A stretch of DNA of 64,000 nucleotides from NCBI GenBank assembly GCA_963758635.1, contig CAVWWD010000006.1, forward strand, positions 1 through 64,000, written 5' to 3'. Positions 20,810-30,116 of the stretch are shown piece after piece (the first letter of the stretch is position 1; the number at the start of each line of letters is the position of its first letter). The notes under the pieces were generated by a model. That model ran no database searches. It saw only the letters and a list, made by a program, of their open reading frames with translations, and had not been told where the DNA came from. A program made the translations under genes and the position numbers. This DNA is from an uncultured Candidatus Rokubacteria bacterium (GTDB taxonomy: Bacteria > Methylomirabilota > Methylomirabilia > Rokubacteriales > CSP1-6).

Positions 20810-22986
20810 CACCCTCGCTCCCGGAGCGCGACGTACACCTTCTCCGCGGTGATGGGCAGGTCCTGGACGCGCACGCCGCACGCGTCGGCCACGGCGTTGG
20901 CGATGGCCGGCGCCACCGCGCTGATGCTCCCCTCGCCGATGGCCTTGGCCCCGAAGGGCCCCGGGCCCACGGGGTCCTCGAGAAGCACGGTGGTCAGCGG
21001 CGGGATGTCCTGCGTGGTCGGCAGCTTGAAGTCGCCGAGGCTCAGCGTGCTGATCCGGCCGTCCTCGGTCCGGAGCTCCTCGCTGAGCGCGAAGCCGAGC
21101 CCCTGGACGAGCCCGCCCTCGATCTGCCCCTGGTGCCCGAGCGGGTTGATCACCGTGCCCACGTCGTGCGCGGTCGTGAAGCGCCGGACCGTGACCTGGC
21201 CGGTCTCGGGGTCCACCGCGACCTCGGCGGCCTGGGCGGTGAACGAGGTGACGGCCGCGTGCGACTTCGCGTCGTAGAAGTGCCCGGCCTCGAGCGTCCG
21301 CCCGTCGCGCGCCGCCGCCTGCGCGATCGTGGCCAGCGAGGCATCCCGCGCGCCGAGCCTCGCCGCCTCTGCGGCGATCTGCTCCTTCAGCTGCTCGGCG
21401 GCGTGGTACGCGGCGCGGCCCCCCGTGTGCGTCACGCGGCTGCCGCCCACGCCGGAATCGGTCTCGAAGAGGTCCGTCGACGCCAGCTCGATCTCGACCT
21501 CCTCGACGGTGAGGCCGAGCACCTCCGCCACGACCTGGCGCAGCACCAGGTGCGCGCCCGTGCCGGTGTCGGGCAGCCCGATCACGAGCGTCACCGTGCC
21601 CTTGGTCTCGAGCCGGACGTGGGCGTTCGTGAAGCCCACGCCGATGTGGCGATGGGTCATGGCGACCCCGCGACCGACCCAGGGCGGCTTCGGCGCGCCC
21701 CAGTCCGTCGCGGCGAGGGCGGCCTCGAGCGTCTCCTTGGCCCGCACGTGCTCGAGGTGATGGCCGTTCGCCAGGAGGTCCCCGTCTCCGAGCAGGTTCC
21801 GCCGCCGGAACTCCGCCGGGTCGAGCCCCAGGTCCCGCGCGATCATGTCCATGTGCGACTCGCCGGCGAAGACCATCTGCGGCTCGCCCGGCGACCGCGC
21901 GTGGCCGCACGGGATCGAGTGCGTGTACACGCAGAACGACTCGATCAGAAGGTGCGGGATCCGGTAGACGCCGGCGCCCATGCCGGCGCCCCCCAGGTTC
22001 ACGGTGGGCGCCGGCTTGAACGCCGCGTACGCCCCGCTGTTGAAGTGCGCCGTCACGCGCCGGGCCACGATGCGCCCGTCGCTCGTGACGCCGGTGCGCA
22101 TCGTGATCACCGAGGGATGGCGGGGGTTGCCGGCCATCAGCTCCTCGGCGTAGCGCATCAGCATCTTGACCGGGCGCCCGGTGACACGCGCGAGGTGATA
22201 GGCCAGTGGCAGGTCCATCAGCGAGCCCTTGCCGCCGAAGTCCCCGCCGATCGGCGTGAGGTTGACCCGGATCCGCTCCTTGGGGAGCCGGAGCGCGTGC
22301 GAGAGCAGCTCCTTGAGCCGGTACGGCATCTTGTTCGATGCCCACACCTGCACGCGGCCCTCGGCGTCGATCGCCACCACGCCGGCGTGGGGCTCGATGT
22401 AGCCATGGTGCGCGAGCTGGGTCCGAAACGTGTGCTCGAAGACCCGGTCCGCCTCGCGAAATCCCGCGTCCACGTCGCCCAGCTTGAAGCGGAGGACCGA
22501 CTGCACGTTCGGGTGCGGGCGCTCGGCCGGCGCACCCTCGTACGCACCGGGGTCCTCGTGCACGACGGGCGCGCCCGGCCGGACCGCCTCGAGCTGGTCG
22601 AACACCGCGGGCAGGTCCTCGTACTGCACGTCGATCAGGGCGAGCGCCTCCTCCGCGATGTCCGGGTCGAGGGCCGCCACCACCGCGACCTTCTCGCCGA
22701 CGAAGCGGACGCGGTCGCGGGCGAGGAGCGGCATGTCGAACATCCGCCGCCCGACGAGCACGTCCGGCACGTCCTGGGCGGTCAGGACGGCCAGCACGCC
22801 GGGGAGCGCGCGCGCCCGCGCCGTGTCGATGCCGAGGATGCGCGCATGCGGCAGCGGGCTGCGGAGGGCCGTGCCCCAGACCATGCCGGGCAGGGTCACG
22901 TCGGCGGTGTACCGTGCCTCGCCGCTGACCTTGTCGCGGCCGTCGACGCGTCCGATGGCCTGGCCGACGACACGGTACGCGGACAT
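20809..22986 (-). CDS. Xanthine dehydrogenase family molybdopterin-binding large subunit
   Basis: LRSPLPHARI, GGDFGGK, GQIEGGLVQGLG, GAKAIGE (catalytic Glu). Confidence 0.93.
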   Translation of the reverse strand: MSAYRVVGQAIGRVDGRDKVSGEARYTADVTLPGMVWGTALRSPLPHARILGIDTARARALPGVLAVLTAQDVPDVLVGRRMFDMPLLARDRVRFVGEKVAVVAALDPDIAEEALALIDVQYEDLPAVFDQLEAVRPGAPVVHEDPGAYEGAPAERPHPNVQSVLRFKLGDVDAGFREADRVFEHTFRTQLAHHGYIEPHAGVVAIDAEGRVQVWASNKMPYRLKELLSHALRLPKERIRVNLTPIGGDFGGKGSLMDLPLAYHLARVTGRPVKMLMRYAEELMAGNPRHPSVITMRTGVTSDGRIVARRVTAHFNSGAYAAFKPAPTVNLGGAGMGAGVYRIPHLLIESFCVYTHSIPCGHARSPGEPQMVFAGESHMDMIARDLGLDPAEFRRRNLLGDGDLLANGHHLEHVRAKETLEAALAATDWGAPKPPWVGRGVAMTHRHIGVGFTNAHVRLETKGTVTLVIGLPDTGTGAHLVLRQVVAEVLGLTVEEVEIELASTDLFETDSGVGGSRVTHTGGRAAYHAAEQLKEQIAAEAARLGARDASLATIAQAAARDGRTLEAGHFYDAKSHAAVTSFTAQAAEVAVDPETGQVTVRRFTTAHDVGTVINPLGHQGQIEGGLVQGLGFALSEELRTEDGRISTLSLGDFKLPTTQDIPPLTTVLLEDPVGPGPFGAKAIGEGSISAVAPAIANAVADACGVRVQDLPITAEKVYVALRERG

Positions 22987-24209
22987 CAGCGCATGGCGGG
23001 CGCCGCCTCGGCGACCGCGGAGGTGTATCCGCTGTAGCGCCGGTAGCAACGCACGGCGTTCCCCCAGAGGAGCTTCTGCCGAGCGCCGTCGGGGATCGAC
23101 GTCCACTGCAGCACGGCGTCCACCGACCTCGGGAACCAGCTCTCCGAGTGCGGGTAATCCGTCGCGAACATCAGCGTGTCCTCGCCGATGGCCTCGATGG
23201 CCTGGCGCAGGGACAGCTCGCCCTCGTGCAGCTGGATGCTCTGGAAGTACTGCGGGCCGCGGATGTACTCGCTCGGCTTGCGCTCGAGGCGGGGGAGCGC
23301 GTGCTGGCTCATCTCGGCCTGCTCGTCCAGCCGGGACGCCCAGAACGCGAGCCAGCCATGCCCGCACTCGAGCGAGGTGATGCGCAGGTCGGGGAACCGG
23401 TCGAGCACGCCGGAGCCGATGAGCGCCGCCATGTTCCGCTGGGCGTTCCACACGTGGCTGGCGGAGCGGACGAGGAACATGTTGTCCCAGTTGTCCCACA
23501 ATCCCGGCGGGTACGGGACCGACATCGTGAAGGAATGGATCACCACGGTCAAGTCGTGCTCCTGCGCCGCCGCCCAGATGGGGTCCCAGTCGGGATCGTC
23601 GAGGGTCATCTGGGGCGGGCACACCGGGAAGACCCCGACGGGCCAGGTCTCCTTGGCGCAGCGGCGGATCTCCGCGACGGACGCGGCAACGTCGCGGACC
23701 GACACGTGGAGCACGCTCGTGAGCCGGCCAGGGTACGGCGCGCAGTAGTCCTTGAGGAAGCGGTGGTACGCCCGGTACATCGCCATCTCGACCCCCACGT
23801 CATCGAGGCCCGAGAACGCCGCCAGGCCCCCCGAGGGCAGGACCATGTTCACGTCGACGCCCTCGATGTCCATGTCCTTGATCCGGGCGTGTGGGTCGAA
23901 GTTGACACGGTCGTCGGGGAACGGCGGCCCTTGCCACCGCACGTCCCAGGGCGTCCCGCCGTCCTTCAGGCCGCGGTTGATCGCCTCGGCGGGCGGCACG
24001 CGGTCGCGAGAGCCGAGCCGGCGAGCGAGCTCGGGACGCTTGCCGACGCGATACCGCGACACGCCGCCCTTGCCGGGAGCGCGGCCCACGACCGGACCGA
24101 GCGCCGTCAGGTTCGCCGTGTCGGCGGCCGAGAGATAGGCCTCGATCGGCTCGACGGGCTCGATGATGTGGGTGTCGGCGTCGAAGATACGGTAGCCGGC
24201 GCGTGCCAT
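22986..24209 (-). CDS. Amidohydrolase_2 family metallo-hydrolase/decarboxylase
   Basis: DADTH, VVIH, GVLDRFPDLRITSLECG, FATDYPH. Confidence 0.9.
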   Translation of the reverse strand: MARAGYRIFDADTHIIEPVEPIEAYLSAADTANLTALGPVVGRAPGKGGVSRYRVGKRPELARRLGSRDRVPPAEAINRGLKDGGTPWDVRWQGPPFPDDRVNFDPHARIKDMDIEGVDVNMVLPSGGLAAFSGLDDVGVEMAMYRAYHRFLKDYCAPYPGRLTSVLHVSVRDVAASVAEIRRCAKETWPVGVFPVCPPQMTLDDPDWDPIWAAAQEHDLTVVIHSFTMSVPYPPGLWDNWDNMFLVRSASHVWNAQRNMAALIGSGVLDRFPDLRITSLECGHGWLAFWASRLDEQAEMSQHALPRLERKPSEYIRGPQYFQSIQLHEGELSLRQAIEAIGEDTLMFATDYPHSESWFPRSVDAVLQWTSIPDGARQKLLWGNAVRCYRRYSGYTSAVAEAAPAMR

Positions 24210-24423
24210 GCGCTGCTCCCTTCCGCTCACCTTCGAGCGTGAGCACGCCGATCAGACCAGTCCTCGGGTGACGTGCTCAGAGGTCGGGCGTTTCCGACCG
24301 ACCCTTTTCCGAGCTGCACGGACAGCCCCGGAACGCCCGGCGCTTGCCCTTCTTGCTACACCACGGACGAATCGGCCGTCAAGCGGGCCGGCCCCGCTCC
24401 GCGCGATCGGGCGCGGGCCCGGC

Positions 24424-25072
24424 TCAGATCACCCCGTCGGCCTTCATCCGCGCGATGAGCAGGTTCGCCAGATCAGCGGTCACGGCGGCGGTGTCGCCCC
24501 GGGCGGTGGTCTCGCTCGTGCCCCTCCACACGGCCTTGCCGGTGCGTATGTCCCACAGCGTGGACTCGAGCGTCAGGCACGTCGTACTGCTCGATCGGCG
24601 GCGGCTCGGACGACCAGCGTCTGCGCGTACCATCCCTGGAAGTCGTCGCGGTAGTAGTCCGGCGCCCCGCGGCCCGCCGTGACCAGCACGGCCCGCTGGA
24701 CGCGCAGGATCCGGGTGACCAGCACGGAGTCCGACCCCGACTGGGTCATGGCCTGCTGGATCCGGTCCCTCGGGATGACGCCGGCCTCGGGCAGGACCGG
24801 ATAGCTCGCGGTCGCCGGGGTGCCCCGCGCCTTCAAGGATTGCGCGAAGCTGTCCTCGAAGACCTTCCGCGTGCCCTGGTTGCGGGCGATCCCGAACACC
24901 ATGACGTTCTTGAGCGGCCCGGTGGTGAACTGCGGGTCCTTCCACGAATCCTTCAGCGACCCCCCCGTCGAGCAGGCGCTCGTGATGCCCACGAGCAGCG
25001 CGAGCGACGAGCAGCCGGCCTCCGAAGCGGTGATTCGGCCGGCGAGGCATGGAGCGGTTGGAGCTGGACATG
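24424..25072 (-). CDS. Hypothetical lipoprotein; frameshifts near 25005 and 24610
   Basis: Lipobox ITSAC, SWKDP, RKVFED, DSVLVTR, LESTLWD..VWRGTSET; start position approximate. Confidence 0.65.
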
Positions 25073-25285
25073 GCTGACCTCCCTCTCGTAAGTCGTGGCG
25101 GCCCGAGGCGGATCAGCGGGACGCGCCGTCGAGGGGCCTCGTGGCCGTCACCGCCCGACTCTAGGCCGCGCCGGGCGGGCCATCCATAGGCCCTTGGTGC
25201 CATGGCGATCGGGGCTTCAACGAGCCGAGCGCCCAGCGAGGCAAAACGCTACACTACCGGCTACTCGCGACAGGAGGAGGACAGC

Positions 25286-26044
25286 ATGCCCTTCTACGAG
25301 CGTGGCGACGTGCGCATCCACTACGAGGAGACCGGGTCCGGATTCCCCCTGCTGCTGATCCCCGGCGGCGGCCTCAACTCCGCGATCGCCTGGTGGACGG
25401 CCGGGGCGTACTTCAACCCGATGGAGGAGCTCAAGGACGACTTCCGCTGCATCTCGATGGACCTGCGCAACGCCAACACCGGGCAGTCCTCGGGTCCGCT
25501 GGAGATCGACCGGCCATGGGACGCCCACGCGGACGACCAGCTCGGCCTCATGGACCATCTGGGCATCGACCGGTTCCTCGTGCTCGGCAACTGCATCGGG
25601 GGGCCGTTCATCCTCAAGCTGCTCCAGCGGGCGCCCGCGCGCGTGGTCGCGGCGGTGCTGAGCCAGCCGAGCGGGCACCGGCCGGAAGACCCGGACATCT
25701 TCTGGAACAACAACACGACGAACTGGGGCCCGGCGCTGTGCGCGCGGCGGCCCGAGATCACCATGCCGATGGTCGAGCGCTTCCTGCACAAGATGTACCG
25801 CTCGCCCGCGGACTTCGTCTTCACCGTGACGCGCGACTTCGTGCGCTCGTGCCGGACCCCGATGCTCGTCCTGCCCGACGACATCCCGCCGCACCCGTAC
25901 GCCATCTCGATGGAGATCGTGGAGCTCGCGCCCAACGCCGAGGCGTCGATCTACCCGTGGAAGGAGTCGAAGGACACGATCCGAAAGGTCGTCGAGCACG
26001 TCCGGACGTTCCTGAAGACGCACGAGCCCGCCGGCTCGCGCTGA
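25286..26044 (+). CDS. Alpha/beta hydrolase fold protein with Cys at the nucleophile elbow
   Basis: RBS AGGAGG; IHYEETGSGFPLLLIPGGG; GNCIGG elbow. Confidence 0.88.
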   Translation: MPFYERGDVRIHYEETGSGFPLLLIPGGGLNSAIAWWTAGAYFNPMEELKDDFRCISMDLRNANTGQSSGPLEIDRPWDAHADDQLGLMDHLGIDRFLVLGNCIGGPFILKLLQRAPARVVAAVLSQPSGHRPEDPDIFWNNNTTNWGPALCARRPEITMPMVERFLHKMYRSPADFVFTVTRDFVRSCRTPMLVLPDDIPPHPYAISMEIVELAPNAEASIYPWKESKDTIRKVVEHVRTFLKTHEPAGSR

Positions 26045-26103
26045 GGGGCATGCGCGCCGCGCCGGGCCGTCCGGGCGAGACCGGGCGGCTCGCGCGCGGC
26101 GGG

Positions 26104-26970
26104 TCAGACCTTCGACTTCTCGAAGTAGAAGCGCGCCGCGCCCGCCTGGTTCTCGTAGATCGAGCCCTGCCGGGCCGCGGGCGGGAGCGGCAGCCGCACC
26201 GGCACCGAGGTCATGCGCGGCTCCACGGTCGGGCGGCCGCTCAGCATCTGGGCGTTGAACTCGTCGATGTCACCGCCGCCGAGGAGCGGCCACGCGTCGG
26301 CGGCGGCCACCTCGTAGAGCAGCAGGTTGCGGCTCCGGTCGGACGTGTTGAGCGCCGACCCGTGCAGCGCGCGCACGTGGTGGAAGGACATGCTGCCGGC
26401 CCGGCCGGTCAGCGCCACCGCGCTCGCGATCTCCGTCTCGATGTCCGCCGGATCGACCAGGCCGCAGAAACGGCCGTCCTCGCCGTGGTGGTTCCAGACC
26501 GGCCCCTTGTGCGAGCCGGGCACGACGCAGAGCGGGCCGTTGTCGAGCTCCATGTCGTCGAGCATCACGCCGATGGCGAGCAGGTCGTCGTTGGTGTGGG
26601 GATAGAACGCCCAGTCCTGGTGCCACTCGACGGGCGAGCCATACCGCGCGGCCTTCATGTTGAGCTTCGAGCTCTTGAGCCGCAGGTCGGGCCCGAGGAG
26701 CTCGGTGAGGACGGCGATCACCGGCGCGGCGCGCACGACCGCGTCGAAGGCGGGATGGACCTTGTGCGGGGTCTTGATCCGCCGCACCCGGGGCTCGGCC
26801 CGCGTGTGCCCGGGCTCGAGATCGTAGACCGCGCTGTGGGTGTCGACCGCGGCCGCGGCGGCCACCAGATCCGCGATGACGCCGCGGAGCTCTTCCCGCG
26901 CCTCCGGCCCGAGGAGATCGGGAACGACGACGAACCCATCACGATCGTAGGCGTCCTTGAGGGAGTCCAT
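26104..26970 (-). CDS. Phytanoyl-CoA dioxygenase (PhyH) family protein
   Basis: YDRDGFVVV, WHQDW, NGPLCVVPGSH, HGSALN. Confidence 0.9.
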   Translation of the reverse strand: MDSLKDAYDRDGFVVVPDLLGPEAREELRGVIADLVAAAAAVDTHSAVYDLEPGHTRAEPRVRRIKTPHKVHPAFDAVVRAAPVIAVLTELLGPDLRLKSSKLNMKAARYGSPVEWHQDWAFYPHTNDDLLAIGVMLDDMELDNGPLCVVPGSHKGPVWNHHGEDGRFCGLVDPADIETEIASAVALTGRAGSMSFHHVRALHGSALNTSDRSRNLLLYEVAAADAWPLLGGGDIDEFNAQMLSGRPTVEPRMTSVPVRLPLPPAARQGSIYENQAGAARFYFEKSKV

Positions 26971-27005
26971 GCCGATCAGTCTACTGCACGACGGGCCCGG
27001 CCAGC

Positions 27006-27112
27006 TCAGGCGCCGCGCCCTCGCGCGAGCTGCTCGACCTTGCCCGCCAGGTCCACGTCGAGGTTGCTGATCGCGCCCTCGGAGTGCGTCCACAGGTCCA
27101 GCACCACCTTCC
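27006..27112 (-). pseudogene. 3-prime fragment of pterin-4a-carbinolamine dehydratase
   Basis: KVVLDLWTHSEGAISNLDVDLAGKVE matches the PCD C-terminal WTH..G...D..LA motif; 5-prime end missing. Confidence 0.7.
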
Positions 27113-27182
27113 TACGTTCGACATGGTGTGCCACCCTCACGAGTCCTCAACTCTACTCCGTGGAGCTTCCCCCCCCTCCCCC

Positions 27183-27366
27183 TACTACATGCTGAACCGC
27201 GGCACCGCCGGCCGCGTCGCCGCGCAACTTCTACCTGATCCCGGGCACGGTGGCGCTCCTCGGCTGGGTGCTCTTCGGCGAGGGTCTCACCGCGCTGGCG
27301 CTGCTGGGCTTCGCGGTGGCGTCCGCCGGCGTCTTCCTGGTCGCGCGCGGGCGGACCACCCGCTGA
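27183..27366 (+). pseudogene. 3-prime fragment of an EamA/DMT transporter
   Basis: YYMLNRGTAGRVA, then (frameshift) NFYLIPGTVALLGWVLFGEGLT..GVFLV-stop; 5-prime part missing. Confidence 0.72.
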
Positions 27367-27541
27367 CGCGGAGCGCTCGCCCGGGACGAGGCGCACGGGC
27401 CACGGAATCGGCCGCGCCGTCACGGGCCGCCGGCGCGCCGTGGTGAGGCGCGGACCGCCGGGAGATAGAATCGGAGCGGCGCCGCCGCAACCGGCGGACC
27501 CGCCTCGCTCGCTCGCGTGAGCGGACGAACCCGAAAGGAGG

Positions 27542-28696
27542 ATGCACACGATGGAGCGCGTACGGGAGATCGAGCTCGTGGACGCAGCCCGCCCGACACA
27601 GAGGAAGGAGCCCTCCTCCACCGGTCGCCGCAGCTTCCTGGCTGCGGTGACGGGCCTGGCGACGATCACCGCGATGGCGCCGGCCGCCTTCGCCCGGAAC
27701 TTCATCGACAAGTACGATCCCGACGGCCCGATCGCCCGCTACCCGAACCCGGACGTGATCGAGCTCGACAAGCGCTTCAAGTACAAGCTGGGCAACACCC
27801 CGATCGTGCGCCTCTACCGCGGCACCATGTGGGCGGAAGGACCCGCATGGAATCCAGTGGGACGCTATCTGATCTGGAGCGACATCCCGAACAACGAGCA
27901 GCTCCGATGGATCGAGGAGGACGGCCACGTGTCGCGCCGGTTCCGCTATCCGGCCTACAACTCCAACGGGAACTTCTTCGACTACCAGGGGCGTCAGGTC
28001 GCGATGGAACACGGCACGCGCCGGGTGGGGCGGTACGAGCTGGACGGTAGCTACACGATCCTGGCCGACCGGACCCCGGACGGCAAGGGCCTGAACGCGC
28101 CGAACGACGGCGCCGCGCATCCCGAGGGCTGGTACCTCTTCACCGATCCCGGCTACGGCGGCCTCATGAACTACGAGGGCGAGCGGCTCAAGTCCAGCAC
28201 GCCGCAGCCCGTCCAGAAGGAAGCGATCTACCGCATCGACGGGCCCGGCCAGATCGAGAAGGTCGCCGACGAGCCGTTCAAGCCGAACGGCCTGTGCTTC
28301 TCGCCGGACTTCCGGCGCGTCTACGTCGCCGACACCGGCCTCTCGCATTACCCGCAGGCGAAGAGCGCGATCTGGGTCTACGACGTGGACGGCAAGCGGC
28401 TCCGGAACCCGCGCGCCTTCGCGAGCATGGAGATGGGCGGCAAGACCGGCTTCGCCGACGGCATCCGCTGCGATGAGGACGGCAACGTCTGGGCGGGCAT
28501 GGGCTGGGTCGGCGACGGCTACGACGGCGTGCACGTCTTCGCGCCCGACGGCGCGCGCATCGGCCAGATCCGCATGCCCGAGATCATCTCGAACGTGGCC
28601 TGGGGCGGCAGCAAGCGGAATCGCCTCTTCATGACGGGGAGCACCTCGCTCTACGCCGTCTACGTGGAGACGCGCGGCGCCAACATCGGCGGCTGA
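27542..28696 (+). CDS. SMP-30/gluconolactonase family protein, Tat-exported
   Basis: TGRRSFL Tat motif; WAEGPAW, SDIPNN, NAPND, PNGLCFSPD, ADGIRCD. Confidence 0.92.
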   Translation: MHTMERVREIELVDAARPTQRKEPSSTGRRSFLAAVTGLATITAMAPAAFARNFIDKYDPDGPIARYPNPDVIELDKRFKYKLGNTPIVRLYRGTMWAEGPAWNPVGRYLIWSDIPNNEQLRWIEEDGHVSRRFRYPAYNSNGNFFDYQGRQVAMEHGTRRVGRYELDGSYTILADRTPDGKGLNAPNDGAAHPEGWYLFTDPGYGGLMNYEGERLKSSTPQPVQKEAIYRIDGPGQIEKVADEPFKPNGLCFSPDFRRVYVADTGLSHYPQAKSAIWVYDVDGKRLRNPRAFASMEMGGKTGFADGIRCDEDGNVWAGMGWVGDGYDGVHVFAPDGARIGQIRMPEIISNVAWGGSKRNRLFMTGSTSLYAVYVETRGANIGG

Positions 28697-28741
28697 GGCC
28701 GCGCGGACGTCTCGCCGGCCGGCGGCCTCGCGTGATCGCGG

Positions 28742-29650
28742 TCAGCCGCGGCCGGCGGGGGCGCGGCGCGCGTGATCCTCCGGTGAGGGCGCCCGCGTGC
28801 GTCGCAGCCGCTGCCGAAGGCGCCGCAGGTCGTCGACGAGGCCACGCGCCAGCACACCCTGGGGCCGGAGCGCCATGACGCTCAGGATGATGGCGCCGTG
28901 GACCTCCAGTCGCCAGTGGTCGAACACCTGGAGGAGCACCGGCATGTAGGACAGGATGGCCGCGCCGAGCATCCCCCCGAGCCAGAAGTCGATGCCCCCG
29001 AAGACGGCGTAGGTGGTGATGCTCATCGCCTTGTCGGCGCCGAAGTCGCTGTACTGGATGAACTGCGCGTGGTGGGCGTAGAGCCCGCCGCCGATCCCGG
29101 CCACCGCCGCGCCGGCCGCGAAGACGATCGTCTTGACGCGCGCCACGTCGATGCCGAGGGCGCGCGCCACCACCTCGTCGTCCTTGATCGCCATCATCGC
29201 CCGGCCGAAGCGCGAGCGGCGCGCCCGAAGGAAGAACAGCGCGAGCGCGGCCACGATCGCCCACACGTGCCACAGCTCGGTCGAAGGGGGAATGCCCTTC
29301 AACCCCTGGGCCGCCCCGGTGGGACGGAAGTTGAGGAAGAACACCTGCACGATCTCCATGAACGCGAACGTGGCCAGGGCCAGGATGAGGCCCTGGAGGC
29401 GCCGGAACACGTGGCCCATGACGGCGCCGATGAGCCAGGAGACGAGGGCGGCCGCGGCGAGCGCCACCACGAACGGCGCGTCGAGGCGCAGGGTGAGCAC
29501 GGTGGCCAGGTGCGCGCCGATGGCCATGAACCCGACCTGGGCGATGGAGAGCTGGCCCACGGCCAGGGGGAAGTACAGGCTCAGGGTCACGATGATGTTG
29601 ATGCCGATGTGGATGAGGACGGTCTCGGCGTAGGGACCGAGCGGCATCAC
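28742..29650 (-). CDS. Branched-chain amino acid ABC permease (LivM-like)
   Basis: GQLSIAQVGFMAIGA, SRFGRAMMAIKDDE..ARALGI, RPQGV. Confidence 0.88.
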   Translation of the reverse strand: MMPLGPYAETVLIHIGINIIVTLSLYFPLAVGQLSIAQVGFMAIGAHLATVLTLRLDAPFVVALAAAALVSWLIGAVMGHVFRRLQGLILALATFAFMEIVQVFFLNFRPTGAAQGLKGIPPSTELWHVWAIVAALALFFLRARRSRFGRAMMAIKDDEVVARALGIDVARVKTIVFAAGAAVAGIGGGLYAHHAQFIQYSDFGADKAMSITTYAVFGGIDFWLGGMLGAAILSYMPVLLQVFDHWRLEVHGAIILSVMALRPQGVLARGLVDDLRRLRQRLRRTRAPSPEDHARRAPAGRG

Positions 29651-29740
29651 GTTCTGCCCCCTCGCCTCAGCGCGCCGCCGCCGGCCGTGGCGCCTCCGTG
29701 CCGGGGCGCGCGCCGGGACGCGCCGGCCGGCGCGCGCCGA

Positions 29741-30091
29741 TCAGGACGACAGCCCGGCGCCCAGCTCGGAGTTGAGCTCCTTGATGCGCCGCCGTCGCTC
29801 CGTGTCGCGACGCAGGGCGGCCCGGATCTCGTCGGCCACCGTCGCGTTGGTGGCCTTGATGATCTCGTCTACCCGCCGCACCTCCTGGATCATGGTGTCC
29901 GCCGCGGTGACGAGATTGATGCCCCCACTCTCGACGCGGACGTCGGCGAGCGCGACGCGGTCGGGGAACGACATGAACGTGTCGACCCACCGCTTGGTCG
30001 GCATGTCGCTGAGCGTGATGCGGATCCAGCACTTGCCGTCCTCGAAATCCGTCACCTCTTGCCGGCGACGGAAGACCTCGTCTGCTGGCAT
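29741..30091 (-). CDS. Hypothetical protein (116 aa) with coiled-coil-like C-terminus
   Basis: Strong RBS GAAAGGAG before ATG at 30091; protein-like composition; 25 bp downstream of the ATPase gene. Confidence 0.7.
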   Translation of the reverse strand: MPADEVFRRRQEVTDFEDGKCWIRITLSDMPTKRWVDTFMSFPDRVALADVRVESGGINLVTAADTMIQEVRRVDEIIKATNATVADEIRAALRRDTERRRRIKELNSELGAGLSS

Positions 30092-30116
30092 GTGCGCTCC
30101 TTTCGAACCGCCCGGC

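Noticed and set aside
19461..22986. Aerobic CO dehydrogenase (coxMSL)
   Set aside because: Active-site loop lacks AYxCSFR (form I) and AYxGAGR (form II); gene order is L-S-M
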